Source of the DNA: Haplodiscus bocki
Taxonomy: Eukaryota
Direction of reading: 5' to 3'
DNA length: 64,000 nt
Assembly (NCBI GenBank): GCA_965655095.1
Contig: OZ296650.1
Coordinates: forward strand, 63,488,001 to 63,552,000
This document shows, in pieces, positions 27,795-42,101 of this stretch. The notes under the pieces were generated by a model. It saw only the letters and a list, made by a program, of their open reading frames with translations, ran no database searches and was not told where the DNA came from. The position numbers and the translations under genes were made by a program. Positions within the stretch are counted from its first letter, which is position 1, and the number at the start of each line of letters is the position of its first letter.

Positions 27795-28453
27795 CAAGAA
27801 ATAGAGCTGGGGTCGCAGAATACGACGGTAGAATGGAAGTAACAAGAAGATGTATGGAAGTTCAACTAATTTCAGAGCAAATCGAATCAATCTCATTCCC
27901 ACATCTAGCACCAATAACATCTATCTACCCTCTAAAAGATTGATAATTCATAATTCAACTCCAAAAAGTAATCACTCATAATTTGGCTTGATCTCAGTCT
28001 CTCCACTCTCAACCATATGTACAGTTTATACTACCAACATACGGTGATTATATGAAGAACACTCATGTCATGAACACACTACATTTTGAAATGCATCACT
28101 GCATTAGGTTTATTAACAATGGCTGCAATATACATGGCTTTGTCGGGAGATGCATTTTGTTTTAATATCTTCGCTTCAAATACAATAGTCGTCCTCAATT
28201 AGGCTCCGCTGTGAGCTTCGCGTAATATTAAATCTAACAACCAAAAAACCCGGAAAAAAATCAAGTCTACATTCTGCGGCGCAATCGATTGATTTACCTT
28301 GAAATATTACATATAACCCTTCTAATAATAATAAAACTAAAACTCAGTATGTTAAAAACCGATTACAGAACAATACTTCATTCTTACGAGTTTAAAGTAA
28401 CATCAATGTACTCAAATAAGAATATAATATTGTCTCATACAATATCGATTGGT

Positions 28454-28624
<171 letters not shown>

Positions 28625-29473
28625 TCATTCCAGTCACATTGCAAGAAGCTCCGCTGACTTCGCGATTCTTTCCGCCAACTTGAAAACAAAAAGGCATTTA
28701 AAAGAAAAATTTTCGCTTTTCAAATTTCTAAACTTTCTAGAAAAATTCTAAAAAAAACCAACAAACTCGAGATCTTAGGAATGTTTCCAAATTGTGTGCG
28801 CCCAAACGTAGCCACGTATATCTCTCTATAAATAGCCTCGAAACAAAATTCAGCAAAGAAACTAGTTTTTTTAAAGAATCCGAAATTTTGGTCGAAAACG
28901 TTTTTTTTTTTCGAACGAGTACTACATTCCACGGCATCCTTGTTACATTTTACAGGTCAAATGACTTTTATCGGAAACTTTATATTGAAAATACATACAG
29001 AGATTGAAGGAATTTCACACATATTGAAATATAGGAGAAAACAATGGCTTTTTCCTGGAAAAAGTCTGCGTAAAGTGGTTGATAAAGATGCTTACTTTGA
29101 CTTTTTAATGTTGAAAACTTCGTTGAAAACACAAACATTACTATCATGCTATGCTGTAATTCGAAAGAAAGCTACAGATAAAGCATTCGTTTTCCCATTT
29201 CAGACAAATTATGGTCTTTATTGATTCAAGAGCTTCTCGGTGTAAAGTTTCATGTTCAAACAATCGAGTGTTTGTCAATTAATTAATCTCTCAGCAACAA
29301 ATTTTTCAACAGAACGAGGAAATGGGCAGCAGTTTACATTAGCTTTGCATAAACCAACTGACCACCTCAATCCAGAAGAATCAATTTCAAAGTTACTTGA
29401 TTTTTCATATGAAAACCTACCACTGAGGTTTGAATTTTAACGTGGTGAACTTAACAATTGCATGTTGATATAC

Positions 29474-29794
29474 CTGGTTGTATATTTTCCCATTGTAGAC
29501 CCCCACGATCGATCCAACCATTTCGGGCAAAACTGTCATGTCTCGCAAATGAGTCTTTACTGGAGCAGGTTTTTCATCCTGTTTGCAATTTTTCTTTGCC
29601 TTCCTGAGTTTCTTCAGCAAGTGATTGTATTGCTTTTGTCTGGAACCACGCATCAACTTACGTCTTTGCCGATAAGCAAATAGCTCCGCCAATTGATCCG
29701 TTTTCATCTGCAACAGAGCATCCAAATCAACACCACGGTAAGTGTACTTTCGGAAGGTTCGTTTTTGTCGGATAACAGGAGCACCGTCAGCCAT
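29474..29794 (-). CDS. RPS15: 40S ribosomal protein S15 (uS19), first coding exon
   Basis: [15 protein letters not shown]...[25 protein letters not shown]. Donor CAG|GTATAT, phase 0. Total protein 148 aa. Confidence 0.97.
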
Positions 29795-30399
29795 TTTTCT
29801 CTATAAAAATTTTCAGATTGAACTAACTGTATTAAAAGTTTCAGCCTAAAGAGACCTCCAGGAATAAACGATCATAACCCTACTGTCTAAATAGTGTTCT
29901 GTATTTTATAGGGATCGGGTGCTGGAAACAAAAATCAAGCTAGAACACGAGTCCCTCTTTACTAAATCTGTTGGAGTCTGAAGAACCGTTGCCAGTGATA
30001 GTCCGGTTCATATACCTCAAAATGGATCAAGAACCTGAAAACAAACAGAAGTTGAAGGTGTCGGTTTTTTAGGATTCAAAGCGTTCATAGACTGAAGAGG
30101 TATGTTTCAACTCGACTCGAAGATATCAAGTGATGTTCTGAGTCGTAAATTTTCATGAATCGAGTTCCACAAATTCGCACCAGCCACCCAAAAAGCACCG
30201 TTCACCAAAACAGTTGTTTGATTTCAGAGATAGGTTCCAGTCAAGCGTTTCTCTGAAAATGTACTGCAATGACTGTCTCCACAAAAAAATCTAACAACTT
30301 GCAAGGCACAGCATGCTGATAAAAATTCATTAAAAACTGTAATTTTACGTGACTCGTACTCGAATAGAAAGCCAATGATAGTCACGAAGCACAACTGTA

Positions 30400-33300
30400 T
30401 TTGAAATGGAATCATCACCAAAATAAATCAATTGAGCTGCTTCATTCTGAGAAAAACTGTAGCTTTTCAATCAAAGATTCAGGTAAGCCATAAAATAGTG
30501 AGCTACAATAGTCAAGCCCGCTGGTAACGAAAATCGAAAATACTGACAATATCTTTGTAGTTTATAGCGAGATGTTTTCTGATAGACCAAATACCCCTCA
30601 GATGCTCATAACAGGTTGCACAGCCCACCTTCATAAATTTGCGAAAGCTACGAACTGTCGAGTACAGCTTCTACCAATTTATTACACTCTTCCACACCAA
30701 TTTTGTATCCATCCATGACAACACTTTCAGGTAGAGCCACTCTCCGATTGCTCACTAATTTATCTTGCGTTTTGGATCTACATAATCAAAAACTGGGGGA
30801 GGATGGCAAATTGAAATTTTTTTGATAACTGTTTGCACTAACAAGAGATTCCCAACTGAAGTAGTACTGAAGTCGAAGGTTTGAGGGTTGGTTTAATATT
30901 TACATACAAAACCAATTTCAGAAGTCGGTCTTCAAAAGGTTATGAAGAGGCAACAGGTACGAAAATTATAGAGGTGGCTCCTTTTTTGATTTTTGAGGTG
31001 CACTTCTGATAACCAGGTTCTTGTCGGAAAAAGGCTAACAATCCATACACATTGTGTCCATCCTTTCAGATAAATTTTAGATAAAGTAAAAATTTTCTCT
31101 TTCACCACGTTTTGATACCTTTTTTCAGCAAAACAGAAAGATCAACTGTGTCGAAAGCACAAGACAAATCAAGAAAAATGAGCAGGAAAGTCAGTTTAAC
31201 CTTCAAGACTGAGAAAATTTTCGAAAATACGTCTAAAAAGGCTGTTTCATTGGACTGGAAGTTCTTATAGGCACTTTGAATGTTGGTCGAATAAAAAGCG
31301 TATTTTGAGAAAATGTTGAAGCTCTAAGACACAGACTTTTTCAAACTTTTTCGAAATGGGACGAAGGTTGGTGGTCTGTCGGTATGGGGAAATATCTTCG
31401 ATAGCATCAGTTTTAAAAACTGGTGAAACTACGCCACGTTTGAAATCGTCAACGAAAAAAACTCTTCAAAGATTCGTTTATTATTGCCAAAAGTGAAATA
31501 AGGATGGAAAGCACCTTCTTCCAAAAGGGATGGCCTAGATGGAGTGGAATACATACCATTTACGTTGTGGGGGGAAATCTTCTATGTCAATTATTCCAAG
31601 AACACCTAATGCTTAAAAAATTTTTTGCCACTTCATTTGAGCATCGGTCGCAGGGATGCTGGAAACAGTAACATCAATTTTGGAGATGAAGTAATTGTTG
31701 GAAGCTTCGCTTAGTTCGCTTCTGAGAAACACACAGGGTGACGTCTGTTCTTTTACAGAACTACAAAAAATAAAGGATTACAAATGTTTTTAGATTAGTC
31801 TTGTACGCAAATAATAATTTACCTTTAGGAAAATTATGTAACTTTTTACTATAGAGGAGTAAACTTTCCTTTGTCTTATAATGATATTTCAGCCGGTCAG
31901 TGTTCAACCAAGATTTAATAAAGAGTCTTTCAGATTGGCGCCTTTCCCTTTTACAGTTTTTCAGTTTGAATTGATAAAGGCGGTTGCAATATAGTAAATG
32001 TGTTTCAAGGAGAGGTGCCATTTGATTAGGATCAATATTGAGGGTTTCAAAGGAACTTGCCGGAGGCTCAACTGTGTCATGATTTTCGAACATTGTAATA
32101 CAGGTTTCGCTAGAAACTGGGTACACCGAAAAAAATTAATTCAAATCTCTTTGGTTTCTGTAGGGTAGGATATGTCTTGGGCGAAAAACCATGGGAGCAA
32201 CAGATTAACTAAAGTTTAAACAAACAAGATCAGGAACGACAACCTCCACAGCTGTTATATCCGATAGATCCGCTTCTAAAATTAGGTCGAGAACGTTTCC
32301 TTCATTATGTGTACCAATATCGACAGACTGATAAAATCTAAACTCAGACAGATGGTCGAGAAACCCGTCGATACCGGATTCTTTTTACCGGAGTATTGGA
32401 ATCATCACAACATGAAAACGTTTCAGAAGAAAATGAATGGAAATTCAACTCCGTCAAAAGAAAAATCTAGAAAGCCAGCAGGTGGCCTGTAGCACGTGGG
32501 AACAATAGAATGGAAGTTCACCGTGTAGACAGAGCACGCAACTTTTTCAAAATCAATACTACAGCTAGATGACAAAACTGTAAATTTCAAACTCTGCTTA
32601 ATAATAAGCAAAACACCTCCGCAACTGGAATGGTATCGAGGGCTTGAAAGAAACAAATACCTTGAGGGAACACAATGATCACTGAAGAAAGTTTCATCAA
32701 CATCATTCAACGAATTTTCAATTATCATGACGAGATTAAACTTTGCGGAAAACGTTGGAGAGGGACTTTCGAAAACTTCCTTTCTAACAGATCTTGCATT
32801 GACGAGGGAGAAATTTGTATTTTGTACCTTTGGTTGTCATTCAGGGATACTTTGTGGTAGATGTTTTCTGTTTTTTGTTTTATGTTTTTTTGTTTTCACG
32901 TTTTATTCTTACATGTGACTTTAATTGTCTTTCAAGGACAGTTTTTGAGAGATCTTCTTTATGATGTTTCCTTTATGGCCTAAACTTGGTGAGTTTTACG
33001 TTTTCAGGCCAAAGAGACGGATCTTTCATGTCAGTTCTGTTTTTAACGAAAACTTATTGAGATCAGTTCCACTGGCAGTCATCGAATGATATTTTTTGGA
33101 AGTGGAGAGGGCCCATGGTGGTCCCATCAAAATAACGCCGGTTGGCACTTTCATCACTTTTTTCCGAGACTCTCTCAACTGTTGTCCCGGTGAAGGCCTC
33201 GCAACACTTAATATTTTTGTGTTTTCCAAAGTACCTGTTGTTGCTTCTCATTTTTTCACCCTAGTTGTTTCCTCAGATTCAACACTGCAAAAAAACATCA

Positions 33301-33900
33301 CCCGAGTCTTGTTTTGAATGAATCAGGCTTTCAGTTTGTGTAAAAATCTTGTAACTAACATCGTGATGTTAATCATGATCTTGTAATCATCGTCATGTTT
33401 GGGTGTACTTACATCTCTCATATCAAGACCATGTTTGAAGGGGTGATTCGATTTCGTTTCAATATATTTTTTTAATTTTATAGTTCTGACTCTTCTAAAA
33501 ACAAACTATCAGGTTTAATTCATCTTCGACAACTTTCCAAGCGCATGGCAAATAGCTTTCAAAACTGTTTCTAATGAGTGTATGAGGGGTTTCAGTGATA
33601 AATAAATTGTCAAAGCAAGGTTAACATCTCAACAGGAGATAAATAACTTTGGGATGCAAGTGCCAGAGGTAAACCAGAGCAAACATTGCGGTACCAGCCA
33701 TCACATAGATCACATTGAATGCTGTCCTCACCAACCTCATTACCCTTCTGGCATGATCCGCATCTGCTGCTTCGTTCGCGATTTTCATCTTTGGCAGACA
33801 CTGATGCAACTTCGGCAGGTCTACTCTTTGGGAAGGTTGTACCGGTAGCTCCAGCAAGTAGCACTTCTCCAAAAAACCAACAGTTTTTGTATTTGGTAAG
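30400..33900 (-). mobile_element. Decayed CR1/L2-group LINE (PHD-finger ORF1, APE endonuclease, RT)
   Basis: PHD CGSC..IQCDLCDGWYRNVC (33610-33864). APE motifs GGVLLII, CYRPP and NVLDLIL. RT motifs YRQTTNLRPISKKFEK, QSAYKNFQSNETA and LIFLDLSCAFDTVD (~31140-31400). Confidence 0.85.
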
Positions 33901-35149
33901 TTTCTTACAACAAATATGTAGTTTTTAGAGAAATCATAGGCTGGAATCTGAAATTAGGCTAAAACACGAGTCAGGCTACCGAATTTGATGGAATTTGAAT
34001 ATTTTTCATCAATGATTTCCTCGATTTTATTTCATAATGAAAGGAAAACCTATAAAAATACAATAGATAAGTGGCAGCAAAAAAAAAGTTATATGTCGCT
34101 AGTTCCGAGCCAGGCTATGTTTTCATAGTTTCGCTTAAGTAATCCCCTTACGACAAGTAGGCTACGGCATAGTCCAAATGAGTATCACGTTGATAGGTAT
34201 CGGCAGGTTCAGATTTCAACGTTTTTGCTTGTTCTAAACCGCTGCCAGTGTGATTGCAAATGTCTCAAATAGGTTTTGGGTATCATGGGACAATAATTTC
34301 AGTACGCTTTAATCAGAACGAGTTTTCAAGGGTTTTTTTTCTCATTAATTTCGAGCATTGGAGTTCTTGCCACTCACATGTACACACCAGTACTGTACTT
34401 GCCCAAATGAACAGAGTTGGTTTTCAGGCACGTAGATGTCAGTCAGGATCTTTATCCGGGGAAGAATTCATAGTGAAGTTACTGTGTCAACGTAAAATCT
34501 AGAAGAGAAAGAACAAAAAAGCCTCGAAAATCATTTTTAAACATAGATTTTGACGTTTTGAAATTCTAAGAACCAGCTCAGATCAATTGAGAGAAAACAT
34601 AGCTCAATTGACAACTAGCATCGCCCGAATGACAACTAGCATTGGTCAGTTTGGAGCCATAAAGTCGCTCAAAGATTTGCGAGCTCAATTTTAACGTACA
34701 CTAGGTATCAATTGAAACAACGATCCTGAGAGAAAACTTTCTTTGAGAACCAAAAACAAATTAGATCATCCCCTGTAACTTACAATCTAACATGTTTTCT
34801 TTCCTCTTTCAGGTTCAAAATTCTGAGTTCCATAACAGTGAAAAAATAGTTTGTGCATGTTGAGAGCGGTCATCGTACAGCTGGTATAGGTTCTAAACGA
34901 TGAGGTCGTATGGAATAGGATCTAAAAATCCTAGATATTCAGTTGCTAATTTGCGGATTCACACCTAGATTGGACTGAAATGGAGAGGAAGATCAAAAAA
35001 ACAGGAGAAACTAAAGTCATAAAAATCCCGGCGTTATATTATAGTATCAACAGGGATTACATGCCCAAAACACAAGCATATACAGGACATTGATGTAACG
35101 ATGGCATTTACTATTGTAGTGCTCGTTTTTGTTTTTTTTTGTTTGGGAA

Positions 35150-38100
35150 GGAATCCAACCTCCAACTGTTTTTAACAAGGTGAGCACTTAAAAATATCTT
35201 GGGTCCATCGGGTCAATGGGAACCAGGCCGATTGGTCCGGAGTTTACCACAGTCCCAATTTCAAAAGAAGTGGATAGATTTCCAAAGTTCAGACAGTTGT
35301 TGCCCAATAGTCTCATTTAATCCCTTTTAGCGGTCCTAATCGCAGCCTCCCATTATCCAGGAAAATATTGTATTGGTCGCGAGAAGGGTTGAAGTTCCAT
35401 TTTAGAAATACTCCCGCTGCCACTGCTTCGGAAGCAAGGGCGCAATAAGAAGGGGTTGTCTGAAAAACTCCTGTAATCTCCCTAGTTGAGTCTTGGAGCC
35501 AAGGAAGTTCGTCCCAAAATTAGAAAAATTAACAGATGATCTGCTTTTGCGGGACGTGTCTCTCCCATGTGCAGCAAAGCAAGCCTGCGTTTTCCAATTT
35601 GATACTAATCCGAGATAAACTGCGGTTCCGCAGAAGGAAGTAGGGGAGTCAAGTAGAACTTAATGGTTTCACTTCACGTATTTCCTTGTTGAACCGGACC
35701 ACCAAAAACTAACCCCACGTCATCGAAGTCTTTTGTTTGCATCAAAACACTCTCTTTCGGTGGGTCTTCTTTCACTGGAATATCGTTTTGCGTTCAAAAC
35801 TTGCGGCACGTCACACAGTTCAGTATGAATTTCCTGACTTGATTACTGCAAATTGGAATCCAAAACAACGGACTATTTCAGCAATAGTTTGAAGCGTACC
35901 GATATTCAGAGTGGCGACTTGCAAATCAAATTTCACCAGTCGGCCTAACTCTCTGTTTTGAGGAACAATTCTGGGAGACTTGGCTTCTTTTTAATCTAAG
36001 CTTTGGCACAGCGACCAACAACGCACAAAATGTTGCTATGCAAGGAGGGGTAGAAAGTCAGTGTTTCACAGTTACGGTTTACCTCCGGCTTCATTTTTAA
36101 GGTGCTTACTTCCGCTGTAAAAAAGTTTCTCATGCTTGTCTCAGAAATATCTCAGTTGCTTTTGTCATTTTCCACGGGGTATTATTTTCCAAGGTTGGAT
36201 TGATTTTTTTGAGTCGTGCAATCAGCCGTTTGATAAGCGCAACAAAACCTATCGTTCTCTGCAGTGCATTTGTTTTTGATAAATTGAACACGTGGGAAGA
36301 TGGGCTGGTTTCAAATTGAACTCTCAGGGATGTTACTTTTGAAGCAGACCATTTCATTGCTTCAGTTGGACTTTGAAGACAAAATGATGATGACAGAAAG
36401 GGCCATGAACCAACAAATTAAGGCCCTACCACCAGAGTAAAAGATAAATAGTCTTCGAGCAATCGAAGCATCTGAGGCCAAATCCGCAGGTTTTTTTTCG
36501 CTAAAACATGATTCCAGAGGAAACGTTAGCTTTTGGCACGCCCGATACAAGAGTCGCAACGAAAATTGTCAAGCAGCTTAGTTAGGCATTCAGCCAATGT
36601 AGAACAACGGTTGACTCTGTCCAAAAATGTTGGGCGTGGATGACGAAGTTCACTTTTTTCAAATTCTCGACAACTAACGCTATCAATTGTCAACCAAATC
36701 GGGCTACACTTATATTTAAACGCGGGATAGTTTGCGTTTTCAATTGAGCAGACTTTGACCTACCCTTGAGCAAAGGCTACACTCCGTCTGCTTAGCTCTT
36801 TCTTAGCTACGGCACAGACATGAGCAGCGTAGCATACCTCTGGAGTGTCACAAAAGACATGCATTAGTATACGATCAGTTTGTTTTCCTCTAGAGAAAAA
36901 TTGCTTCAGCTCAGTTCAGCGTAACTCATTCAGCCTCAAGCTCCGTTCAAGGAAACTTTTTGAAAAGTCATTGGCATTTATTGCCTCATTGGACACTTTT
37001 TGTCAAAGCAAATGCATTATATCTTTCAACTTGATGGTAACTGGAAAAAGCCATCCCATGGGATCAAATAAATGCGATGTGTCTCAAATTTTTCCGATTG
37101 TTCAGCTTTTCATTGCTCATATCGGAATTTATCAGCACACATTAGAAGCTGAAGGAGCCTGTGGAAGGATTCCAAACAGTTTCAATTTTATCGAATTTCT
37201 TGTTACCTTCATGGTATCCCGGAGGCAAAGACAAAACGAAGTCACTGGTCCCAAAAGTCCACTTGAGTAAGCCGAAATTGCCGCATTTAATTTTGGACGA
37301 AACCTGTGCAGAGCTTTTTCTTCATCCTTAGGCGACGCACGGGTTAAAAAAAGGTCAAAAAAATTTTCCGTATGGACTGTTGTTGAACCACAGGAACCTT
37401 TTTTAATATGGCACATGCGAGCATTGACCTGATTGAATGATGGGCTGCGCTTGTGACTCTATTTGTCATGAGATTCACTTGTGGGTTTCAGATTGGACCG
37501 TTGGCGCTGGAATGCTGAAAAATTCAATGGAAATCTCTGTTTGATTTCAATTAAACTTGCTTATATATTTTGCAATGTCAGCACACATTGCTATCTTGAG
37601 GAAAAAAACGGATCAAATGCTTCAAGAGAACATCCTGCAGGTTTCGTCCAACTAAGGGACAATCTTCTAGAGATTGCCTTGTGGTTGTTTTTGCGGTAGC
37701 GTCCAAAACAACTCTGAGTTTAGGTGTAGTGTTCTTTTTCGTTTACTCAAGAACAAGGCATAAGGATATTTGAGCGTTGTTCAACTCGTCTGGAGGGCTT
37801 TTTCTAAGTGACAAAGTTTCATAAAAATGCTAGACAGTTAAAGGAGGTGTCAAGTGTGTGTTTTAATGCATTTTTTCTAAGATTGAAGTAGCGTCTCGAG
37901 GCAAATGCTTTGCTCAAGCCAACAACAAATCAATTTTGGTCATTCCTCTCAGCTGCCATAATGTAGTGTTTTTCATAAATTTTTCATCCTGCGTGAGAAG
38001 TTTGATCACTGGAAAATTTTCCAGCTCCCAAAACCTTCAGACGGCGATCCCAGTTGTCTGCCCTGAGGCAAGGTTAGCATTACTTGCACATGCTGTTTCA

Positions 38101-39900
38101 CAATGCCTGCCAGAATGTATCTTCATGACACCTGACACTACCCACTGAACAACGACTCACGAAGGAAAACTCCGTGGTCTTCTATCCGATTTTTTAAAAA
38201 AATTCCAAACGACGTTTGAGCTGAGCAATAGGTCTATTTTTTTAATGTGATGAAAGTAGATTCTGCTAAAAGAAGAATATCCATTAGTTTTATTTGAGAA
38301 ACGTCAGTCGTTTTTTTGGTTATTGTTGTTCTGAATTTTGGAATAAGTTGAAATTTGATTTCCATATTATCATTTCAACAACTTGGCATCGCTCCAGGCA
38401 TTGTTTGAGTCTGGTTCGTAGCAGAAGTTTCAATTATTACGTGTCTTTTGATTGGTTCTATCATAGGAGCAGTTGCCTTTGAAGTCGAAACAACAATAAA
38501 ACAGTATTCGTAGCCAGAGAGTCTAAAGATGCACGCACTCCAACCTCAATTTCTGTTTCATCTTTCAATTTGTTGCTTAATGTCGAAGATGGACGTTGCT
38601 AAACTTTGTGGCCTTCTTACAAGCTCCAACTCCATGTAAGTTTTTTTGGGCATTACAGGGAGTGTTAGGTACGGGAGATTTTGCTTGATCATCGGCTGCA
38701 ACAGACATTAAATGCAACTAGGAGACTCTCATGTTGACAAACTTAGTTGCTACAAAATCGTCTTTACGTAAGAAAATGTTGTTTAATTCCGCACTCGAGA
38801 CAAGCTTTTTGTGGAGATCAATTGGCTACGCTGTGACATACAGGAAGAGAATCAAAGCAAAAATGAAGTTGACTTGCGTACTTTAATCGTTTGGAACACA
38901 CGTTTTGAAAACAACTGAACAAAGTTTTAGTCTTAGCGTTTATCTTAACACATTATCACTGTGAAGTAGCGTTAGATTGTCCTCCGGCTGTTTTTAACCC
39001 GATTATTTCAAGAAATTTGACTGGGCTTCTTGACGAATCCAGTCGCAAGCATTTTATTGAGTGCGTCCAAGTTTTATTCTTTTGTCTGCCATTTCAGTAG
39101 CTTGGTTCTTAGATTAGCCAGATGCAACTGCTTGCGCGATTCTTCATCAATCCAATAGTTCAGAGAGTCAATAAAGGATCCCTTGTGTCCTTATGTTTTT
39201 CTAGCTCCACTCGTGCTGTCAAATATTCATTCTTTTTTTCTATAAGTTTTCGTAATCCGACATATGATTCTTTTTTCTTGCTTGGTTGGATCGATAATAT
39301 CTTGAGCTGTGCTTGTCCGAAACGAGGTTTGTTTTTAGCATTCTCAGGGTGATTTGATATTTCTGTTTGTAATGGTCACTGAAACAATCAGCATTGCAGC
39401 AATACCTGCAAGACACCTTTAAAGATAATTTGATCCTTCAGAAACAATTGCTTGCATTTATGGGTAGCTGATTCATTGAGCAAGTCCACAAAAAAAATAT
39501 TTGGTAACAGAGCAATTAAAACTGGGCATTTGTTGCTTTGGCAATCCCTATTTACTTGTTGAAGATGAAATTAGTTCATTTGCACTTGTCAAGATAGATT
39601 TTGTATTAAAACCAGGAGGAACTTCACAAAGAGCTACTGGAACAGTCGTCTTTTGCTGGAAGTCACTATTGGTTTCTTTCTCCACAGCTAGTGTCACCTC
39701 GTCCTGGATTAAAAGTTCAAACTCAGCCTCACAATGGTAAGCCATACTGGGTTTGGACTTAACTGTGGCTAGAAGCACTTCTGCAATGAAGAAGGTTTTT
39801 TAGGGTGTTATTAGGTCAAGACATTAACAATTCCCGTTTAGGTTAACGGTTAGCGAACCTTTGTGCGCGGCAGCTACTCTCACCAGTCTTCCCATTTGCA
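35150..39900 (-). mobile_element. Decayed BEL/Pao LTR retrotransposon gag-pol
   Basis: Remnants SHLFDPMGWLFPVTIKLK (Pao), HVFCD (RNase H), KPADLAS, VGLVFGGP and KWNFNP (integrase) in BEL order. Many stops; ends not defined. Confidence 0.8.
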
Positions 39901-40335
39901 GTGATGATTAATTTTCTGACGAAAACTCATTGTTCTTCAAACTTATTAAATTGTGTGTTTTGATTCTTACACTGAATTTTGAAGTGAGAATAATGGTTAT
40001 TTAAGGCAGCAATCAGGTGATAGAACACCACGGCATTATCAGAAGGAGTAAAATAAAACGGGAAATTGTCTGGTGAGGTTGTTAAAGAGACGATAGAAGT
40101 TTGCGTTCACGCTTGAAAACAGTCGGGTAAATTAACACCCACGAAGCTACCCAATGGAATATGTTTTCGACGCCACTGAGTTAGTACCCAATCTTTCTTC
40201 TGGTGATGTTTACGTGTCGTTTAAGACAATTTTTTTGTTTTCCAGGCGATGTCGTCGGAGTGGTCCGCCCAAATTGTCCTCGTGTTTAAAATGTTTTCCA
40301 TGAGATAAAGTTCAAGTTTCATCGATTGGATATAT

Positions 40336-42101
40336 TGTGACCGTGAGGATAGGTTTCCGTCAGCATGTCTGCCTCAGAACTATTGAGTTGTCCTGAGTGG
40401 TGAGGAAAATACCCCCCTTCGGGATAAGGATCGTTTGGGAAGCGATCCCCATGTGTTTCCCGGTTTTCTAAATTAGAGTTTCTGGACGTTCCGTGAGTGG
40501 CTACAGAACAAGTCCGAACTTGTGGATTAAGAAGAAACTCGTCAAGTTTCGATAAGGCACCCAAGATGCGCGAATCCGTTTTGTTAAATTCCTTAGAAAG
40601 TTTCTTGGTTACCCTCCCTTCAATCTCCTCGGAAACTTGGTAGATGTAATCCTGGGTAGACTCAGGGTCAAGCACATTCCTTCCTCTGCTGCCTCTACTG
40701 CCTTCAGGCGTTTCTCTTGAAACTGCCGCTAACTTTTTCTTGTTTCTCAACGTTGCCATATTCTTCGAAGGGAAAAATCTTGTCGGCGGTGAAGACTGAA
40801 TTTAATTTATCCTTATTTTTCAGTAACTATCTCCTCTTAGATTGAGGGAAAAGTCTTGACAAATACAATCAGTCAAGTTGTTTTGAAAAGGAAAAGATAG
40901 TACCAATACCGAAAGGCTAAAAATTATATAATAATAATTGTACTTTCATTTCTCCTATTTATACCTTTCCTTGGCGGGAAAACATAATTGTTTACACGCC
41001 AGATCAAGGTACAAATAGGGAAAAGTACTTCAATCATATTATTTATCAAAGAAAAGGATGTCGACTCTGGCGGGAAAGAAACACCCTTCCATCCATGTCT
41101 TCCCTCACGGACCGCGTCCTTTCCATCTTTCGACAGAAAAAAGTACGGTCCGATCCGTCGGAAATGGACATCAAAGTGGTTATTCCCGCGCCGACATAAT
41201 AAATAATAACAAAAACAAAAGATCAAAGTTATTTCCATACCGGGAATAAAAACAATAATACAGTCGGAAAATAATTTAAAGTATGGAAAAATGAAGTGTA
41301 CAATATAAAACGATTCATGATTACATGCTGCTTCGATTAAAACCACTGTTTGGAACAAACTAGGCATTTTTCTGAGCCCGTTCCACGTTTTTACCAGCTC
41401 AGGCCTCACTTTGGCCGGTGTTTTCCGTGTCGACTACGTAGTCGCTTGTAGCACTGCTTTCCGCAGTACTACTGAAGAAAATGATTCTGGTGGCTACGTA
41501 GACGTCCCGTGGCCGTCCAAAGTGAAACAGCGTAGTAGCACAGCGGATTGGCTGAAATTCTAGTGACGTCACCAGATTAGTTACGACGGAACACATACGG
41601 AACAAAAATTCACTTTTAAAGTCAAGCTCTGTTCTAATAGTTAAGCAACTGAAAACTTGTTAAAGCTGTCAATCTATATAGATTACTGCACAATCAAAAA
41701 GGTGGATTTATATAATAATTATTTAGATTAATTCCATAAAGTATCACTTAAAATTAAAATAAAAATAGAGTAAATATTCGTTTGCTCCGCATCTATTCCG
41801 TCCCAATAAGGATCAGTTCACCAGAATTACACGTATCGGATACGTGCTTTTACATGGAATAACTATTATGGGATGATACGTAACTACTACGTATCATCTA
41901 CATAGATTACATGTGTGCGTACTAGGTGGATACGTATCTACTACGTATCCTTAAATATAATGGAATGAGTTCATGATTTAAATAAATGTTTGAGTAGGTA
42001 AGTTTGAGTGTTTCTACAGTTTTATTTCCTTCTTGATGGACCTGGGATGTCCTTTGTTGAGGAGATCGTCCGACCACAGGCTTTGCAGATGTGCTGGGAC
42101 A
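40336..42101 (-). repeat. 3' LTR (1766 bp), includes a duplicate of the gag 5' end
   Basis: Starts TGTCCCAG after the PPT and ends ..GGTCACA. Aligns end-to-end with 53695-55462. Confidence 0.92.

Noticed and set aside
40319-40759. Independent 146-aa gene
   Set aside because: It is the gag N-terminus duplicated as part of the 3' LTR.
40924-41605. 161-aa and 68-aa ORFs present in both LTRs
   Set aside because: They have no domain and are shared only because the LTRs are copies. The long frame is not kept in copy A.
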